Shown: positions 57,701 to 64,000 of the stretch, piece by piece
Layout of the letters: each line of letters begins with the position of its first letter
Numbering within the stretch: position 1 is the first letter of the stretch
Source of the DNA: Auanema rhodensis
Taxonomy: Eukaryota > Animalia > Nematoda
DNA: 64,000 nt
Direction: 5' to 3'
Assembly: GCA_964057225.1 (NCBI GenBank)
Contig: OZ059894.1
Span: 21,452,001-21,516,000 of the forward strand
The notes under the pieces: generated by a model
Databases searched by the model: none
Told to the model about the DNA's origin: nothing
What the model saw: only the letters and a program-made list of their open reading frames with translations
Translations under genes and position numbers: made by a program

Positions 57701-59982
57701 TGATAACACAGATCGACGCAGCTTAAAAATCCGCATCGAATGCACTATACTACATTGAGAAACGCTTAATACAAAAATTAGTTATGATCGTTTGAAAAAT
57801 GATGCATTAGTGTATGTTGAGTTTCCATGTACACTCAACATTGCTTCCAAAAACATTTTGACAAAAATTTTTTCGAAAAATTTCAAAATAATTTAGCAAA
57901 AAGTAGATGTTTTTAGATTCCTTTTTTCAAGGCAAAGACGATGGACATTGTTATTCAACGAAAAAATTAATTCTTCAGGGTGAAAATCGAGGATATAAGT
58001 GTGAACTTATATCAGTTGATATCTCGGTGCATTTTTAAGCTAGCGCAAATCTGATAACACAGAACGACGCAGCTTAAAAATTCGCATCGAATGCACTATA
58101 CTACATTGAAAAACGCTTAATACAAAAATTAGTTATGATCGTTTGAAAAATGATGCATTAGTGTATGTTGAGTTTCCATGTACACTCAACATTGCTTCCA
58201 AAAACATTTTGACAAAAATTTTTTCGAGAAATTTCAAAATAATTTAGCAAAAAGTAGATGTTTTTAGATTCCTTTTTTCAAGGCAAAGACGATGGACAAT
58301 GTTATTCAACGAAAAAATTAATTCTTCAGGGTGAAAATCAAGGATATAAGTGTGAACTTATATCAGTTGATATCTCGGTGCATTTTTAAGCTAGCGCAAA
58401 TCTGATAACACAGATCGACGCAGCTTAAAAATCCGCATCGAATGCACTATACTACATTGAGAAACGCTTAATACAAAAATTAGTTATGATCGTTTGAAAA
58501 ATGATGCATTAGTGTATGTTGAGTTTCCATGTACACTCAACATTGCTTCCAAAAACATTTTGACAAAAATTTTTTCGAAAAATTTCAAAATAATTTAGCA
58601 AAAAGTAGATGTTTTTAGATTCCTTTTTTCAAGGCAAAGACGATGGACAATGTTATTCAACGAAAAAATTAATTCTTCAGGGTGAAAATCGAGGATATAA
58701 GTGTGAACTTATATCAGTTGATATCTCGGTGCATTTTTAAGCTAGCGCAAATCTGATAACACAGATCGACGCAGCTTAAAAATCCGCATCGAATGCACTA
58801 TACTACATTGAGAAACGCTCAATACAAAAATTAGTTATGATCGTTTGAAAAATGATGCATTAGTGTATGTTGAGTTTCCATGTACACTCAACATTGCTTC
58901 CAAAAACATTTTGACAAAAATTTTTTCGAAAAATTTCAAAATAATTTAGCAAAAAGTAGATGTTTTTAGATTCCTTTTTTCAAGGCAAAGACGATGGACA
59001 ATGTTATTCAACGAAAAAATTAATTCTTCAGGGTGAAAATCGAGGATATAAGTGTGAACTTATATCAGTTGATATCTCGGTGCATTTTTAAGCTAGCGCC
59101 AATCTGATAACACAGAACGACGCAGCTTAAAAATTCGCATCGAATGCACTATACTACATTGAAAAACGCTTAATACAAAAATTAGTTATGATCGTTTGAA
59201 AAATGATGCATTAGTGTATGTTGAGTTTCCATGTACACTCAACATTGCTTCCAAAAACATTTTGACAAAAATTTTTTCGAAAAATTTCAAAATAATTTAG
59301 CAAAAAGTAGATGTTTTTAGATTCCTTTTTTCAAGGCAAAGACGATAGACAATGTTATTCAACGAAAAAATTAATTCTTCAGGGTGAAAATCGAGGATAT
59401 AAGTGTGAACTTATATCAGTTGATATCTCGGTGCATTTTTAAGCTAGCGCAAATCTGATAACACAGATCGACGCAGCTTAAAAATCCGCATCGAATGCAC
59501 TATACTACATTGAGAAACGCTTAATACAAAAATTAGTTATGATCGTTTGAAAAATGATGCATTAGTGTATGTTGAGTTTCCATGTACACTCAACATTGCT
59601 TCCAAAAACATTTTGACAAAAATTTTTTCGAAAAATTTCAAAATAATTTAGCAAAAAGTAGATGTTTTTAGATTCCTTTTTTCAAGGCAAAGACGATGGA
59701 CATTGTTATTCAACGAAAAAATTAATTCTTCAGGGTGAAAATCGAGGATATAAGTGTGAACTTATATCAGTTGATATCTCGGTGCATTTTTAAGCTAGCG
59801 CAAATCTGATAACACAGAACGACGCAGCTTAAAAATTCGCATCGAATGCACTATACTACATTGAAAAACGCTTAATACAAAAATTAGTTATGATCGTTTG
59901 AAAAATGATGCATTAGTGTATGTTGAGTTTCCATGTACACTCAACATTGCTTCCAAAAACATTTTGACAAAAATTTTTTCGA
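54718..59982 (+). repeat. 5-monomer (1755-bp) HOR, 3 copies, degenerating to ~62400
   Basis: AATCAAGG at 54830/56585/58340, CTCAAT at 55310/57065/58820, GATAGAC at 55837/57592/59347 and GGACATTG at 56193/57948/59703/61458. Confidence 0.9.
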
Positions 59983-62900
59983 GAAATTTCAAAATAATTT
60001 AGCAAAAAGTAGATGTTTTTAGATTCCTTTTTTCAAGGCAAAGACGATGGACAATGTTATTCAACGAAAAAATTAATTCTTCAGGGTGAAAATCGAGGAT
60101 ATAAGTGTGAACTTATATCAGTTGATATCTCGGTGCATTTTTAAGCTAGCGCAAATCTGATAACACAGATCGACGCAGCTTAAAAATCCGCATCGAATGC
60201 ACTATACTACATTGAGAAACGCTTAATACAAAAATTAGTTATGATCGTTTGAAAAATGATGCATTAGTGTATGTTGAGTTTCCATGTACACTCAACATTG
60301 CTTCCAAAAACATTTTGACAAAAATTTTTTCGAAAAATTTCAAAATAATTTAGCAAAAAGTAGATGTTTTTAGATTCCTTTTTTCAAGGCAAAGACGATA
60401 GACAATGTTATTCAACGAAAAAATTAATTCTTCAGGGTGAAAATCGAGGATATAAGTGTGAACTTATATCAGTTGATATCTCGGTGCATTTTTAAGCTAG
60501 CGCCAATCTGATAACACAGAACGACGCAGCTTAAAAATTCGCATTGAATGCACTATACTACATTGAAAAACGCTTAATACAAAAATTAGTTATGATCGTT
60601 TGAAAAATGATGCATTAGTGTATGTTGAGTTTCCATGTACACTCAACATTGCTTCCAAAAACATTTTGACAAAAATTTTTTCGAAAAATTTCAAAATAAT
60701 TTAGCAAAAAGTAGATGTTTTTAGATTCCTTTTTTCAAGGCAAAGACGATAGACAATGTTATTCAACGAAAAAATTAATTCTTCAGGGTGAAAATCGAGG
60801 ATATAAGTGTGAACTTATATCAGTTGATATCTCGGTGCATTTTTAAGCTAGCGCCAATCTGATAACACAGAACGACGCAGCTTAAAAATTCGCATCGAAT
60901 GCACTATACTACATTGAAAAACGCTTAATACAAAAATTAGTTATGATCGTTTGAAAAATGATGCATTAGTGTATGTTGAGTTTCCATGTACACTCAACAT
61001 TGCTTCCAAAAACATTTTGACAAAAATTTTTTCGAAAAATTTCAAAATAATTTAGCAAAAAGTAGATGTTTTTAGATTCCTTTTTTCAAGGCAAAGACGA
61101 TAGACAATGTTATTCAACGAAAAAATTAATTCTTCAGGGTGAAAATCGAGGATATAAGTGTGAACTTATATCAGTTGATATCTCGGTGCATTTTTAAGCT
61201 AGCGCAAATCTGATAACACAGATCGACGCAGCTTAAAAATCCGCATCGAATGCACTATACTACATTGAGAAACGCTTAATACAAAAATTAGTTATGATCG
61301 TTTGAAAAATGATGCATTAGTGTATGTTGAGTTTCCATGTACACTCAACATTGCTTCCAAAAACATTTTGACAAAAATTTTTTCGAAAAATTTCAAAATA
61401 ATTTAGCAAAAAGTAGATGTTTTTAGATTCCTTTTTTCAAGGCAAAGACGATGGACATTGTTATTCAACGAAAAAATTAATTCTTCAGGGTGAAAATCGA
61501 GGATATAAGTGTGAACTTATATCAGTTGATATCTCGGTGCATTTTTAAGCTAGCGCAAATCTGATAACACAGAACGACGCAGCTTAAAAATTCGCATCGA
61601 ATGCACTATACTACATTGAAAAACGCTTAATACAAAAATTAGTTATGATCGTTTGAAAAATGATGCATTAGTGTATGTTGAGTTTCCATGTACACTCAAC
61701 ATTGCTTCCAAAAACATTTTGACAAAAATTTTTTCGAAAAATTTCAAAATAATTTAGCAAAAAGTAGATGTTTTTAGATTCCTTTTTTCAAGGCAAAGAC
61801 GATGGACATTGTTATTCAACGAAAAAATTAATTCTTCAGGGTGAAAATCGAGGATATAAGTGTGAACTTATATCAGTTGATATCTCGGTGCATTTTTAAG
61901 CTAGCGCAAATCTGATAACACAGAACGACGCAGCTTAAAAATTCGCATCGAATGCACTATACTACATTGAAAAACGCTTAATACAAAAATTAGTTATGAT
62001 CGTTTGAAAAATGATGCATTAGTGTATGTTGAGTTTCCATGTACACTCAACATTGCTTCCAAAAACATTTTGACAAAAATTTTTTCGAGAAATTTCAAAA
62101 TAATTTAGCAAAAAGTAGATGTTTTTAGATTCCTTTTTTCAAGGCAAAGACGATGGACAATGTTATTCAACGAAAAAATTAATTCTTCAGGGTGAAAATC
62201 GAGGATATAAGTGTGAACTTATATCAGTTGATATCTCGGTGCATTTTTAAGCTAGCGCAAATCTGATAACACAGATCGACGCAGCTTAAAAATCCGCATC
62301 GAATGCACTATACTACATTGAGAAACGCTTAATACAAAAATTAGTTATGATCGTTTGAAAAATGATGCATTAGTGTATGTTGAGTTTCCATGTACACTCA
62401 ACATTGCTTCCAAAAACATTTTGACAAAAATTTTTTCGAAAAATTTCAAAATAATTTAGCAAAAAGTAGATGTTTTTAGATTCCTTTTTTCAAGGCAAAG
62501 ACGATAGACAATGTTATTCAACGAAAAAATTAATTCTTCAGGGTGAAAATCGAGGATATAAGTGTGAACTTATATCAGTTGATATCTCGGTGCATTTTTA
62601 AGCTAGCGCAAATCTGATAACACAGATCGACGCAGCTTAAAAATCCGCATCGAATGCACTATACTACATTGAGAAACGCTTAATACAAAAATTAGTTATG
62701 ATCGTTTGAAAAATGATGCATTAGTGTATGTTGAGTTTCCATGTACACTCAACATTGCTTCCAAAAACATTTTGACAAAAATTTTTTCGAAAAATTTCAA
62801 AATAATTTAGCAAAAAGTAGATGTTTTTAGATTCCTTCTTTTCAAGGCAAAGACGATAGACAATGTTATTCAACGAAAAAATTAGTTCTTCAGGGTGAAA

Positions 62901-64000
62901 ATCGAGGATATAAGTGTGAACTTATATCAGTTGATATCTCGGTGCATTTTTAAGCTAGCGCAAATCTGATAACACATATCGACGCAGCTTAAAAATCCGC
63001 ATCGAATGCACTATACTACATTGAGAAACGCTTAATACAAAAATTAGTTATGATCGTTTGAAAAATGATGCATTAGTGTATGTTGAGTTTCCATGTACAC
63101 TCAACATTGCTTCCAAAAACATTTTGACAAAAATTTTTTTGAAAAATTTCAAAATAATTTAGCAAAAAGTAGATGTTTTTAGATTCCTTTTTTCAAGGCA
63201 AAGACGATGGACAATGTTATTCAACGAAAAAATTAATTCTTCAGGGTGAAAATCGAGGATATAAGTGTGAACTTATATCAGTTGATATCTCGGTGCATTT
63301 TTAAGCTAGCGCAAATCTGATAACACAGAACGACGCAGCTTAAAAATCCGCATCGAATGCACTATACTACATTGAGAAACGCTTAATACAAAAATTAGTT
63401 ATGATCGTTTGAAAAATGATGCATTAGTGTATGTTGAGTTTCCATGTACACTCAACATTGCTTCCAAAAACATTTTGACAAAAATTTTTTCGAGAAATTT
63501 CAAAATAATTTAGCAAAAAGTAGATGTTTTTAGATTCCTTTTTTCAAGGCAAAGACGATGGACAATGTTATTCAACGAAAAAATTAATTCTTCAGGGTGA
63601 AAATCGAGGATATAAGTGTGAACTTATATCAGTTGATATCTCGGTGCATTTTTAAGCTAGCGCAAATCTGATAACACAGATCGACGCAGCTTAAAAATCC
63701 GCATCGAATGCACTATACTACATTGAGAAACGCTTAATACAAAAATTAGTTATGATCGTTTGAAAAATGATGCATTAGTGTATGTTGAGTTTCCATGTAC
63801 ACTCAACATTGCTTCCAAAAACATTTTGACAAAAATTTTTTCGAAAAATTTCGAAATAATTTAGCAAAAAGTAGATGTTTTTAGATTCCATTTTTCAAGG
63901 CAAAGACGATGGACAATGTTATTCAACGAAAAAATTAATTCTTCAGGGTGAAAATCGAGGATATAAGTGTGAACTTATATCAGTTGATATCTCGGTGCAT

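Larger units (their letters stand above)
1..64000. repeat. Tandem satellite DNA array, 351-bp monomer, ~183.4 units, single orientation, running off both ends of the window
   Basis: AAAATTTCAAAATAATTTAG starts at 1 and 352, and the sequence at 31 recurs at 3541 (10x351). Tallying all indels (2x-194, 4x-1, 3x+1) predicts the last monomer start at 63845, which matches the sequence. Monomers differ by only a few substitutions. Confidence 0.99.

Noticed and set aside
1-64000. CRISPR-like or other repeat-spacer array
   Set aside because: There are no unique spacers; the entire 351-bp unit is repeated.
1-64000. Embedded transposon, inversion or unique-sequence island
   Set aside because: Phase bookkeeping accounts for the full length with only the listed indels, and all units are in the same orientation.

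Overview
The whole window is one uninterrupted, head-to-tail, single-orientation tandem array of a 351-bp, AT-rich monomer (about 31% GC by hand count), i.e. a eukaryotic-type satellite DNA. It has 183 units plus a 156-bp partial unit. Two units are internally deleted by a net 194 bp, and seven 1-bp net indels account for all remaining phase shifts. I found no genes, transposon insertions, inversions, RNA genes or CRISPR arrays; the one ORF is a chance read-through. The notable features are structural. (1) The monomer is densely packed with dyad symmetries: a 67-nt hairpin, a 9-bp stem with a GTGA (GNRA-type) loop, a second 9-bp stem, an A/T-tract inverted repeat, and an overlapping ~118-bp spaced dyad around TCGAyGC-N13-GCATCGA. 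(2) Diagnostic variants show regional subfamilies and short local higher-order repeats (HORs) of 3, 4, 5, 6 and 8/10 monomers. I cannot identify the species or satellite family, and any function (centromeric, RNA, protein binding) is inference.
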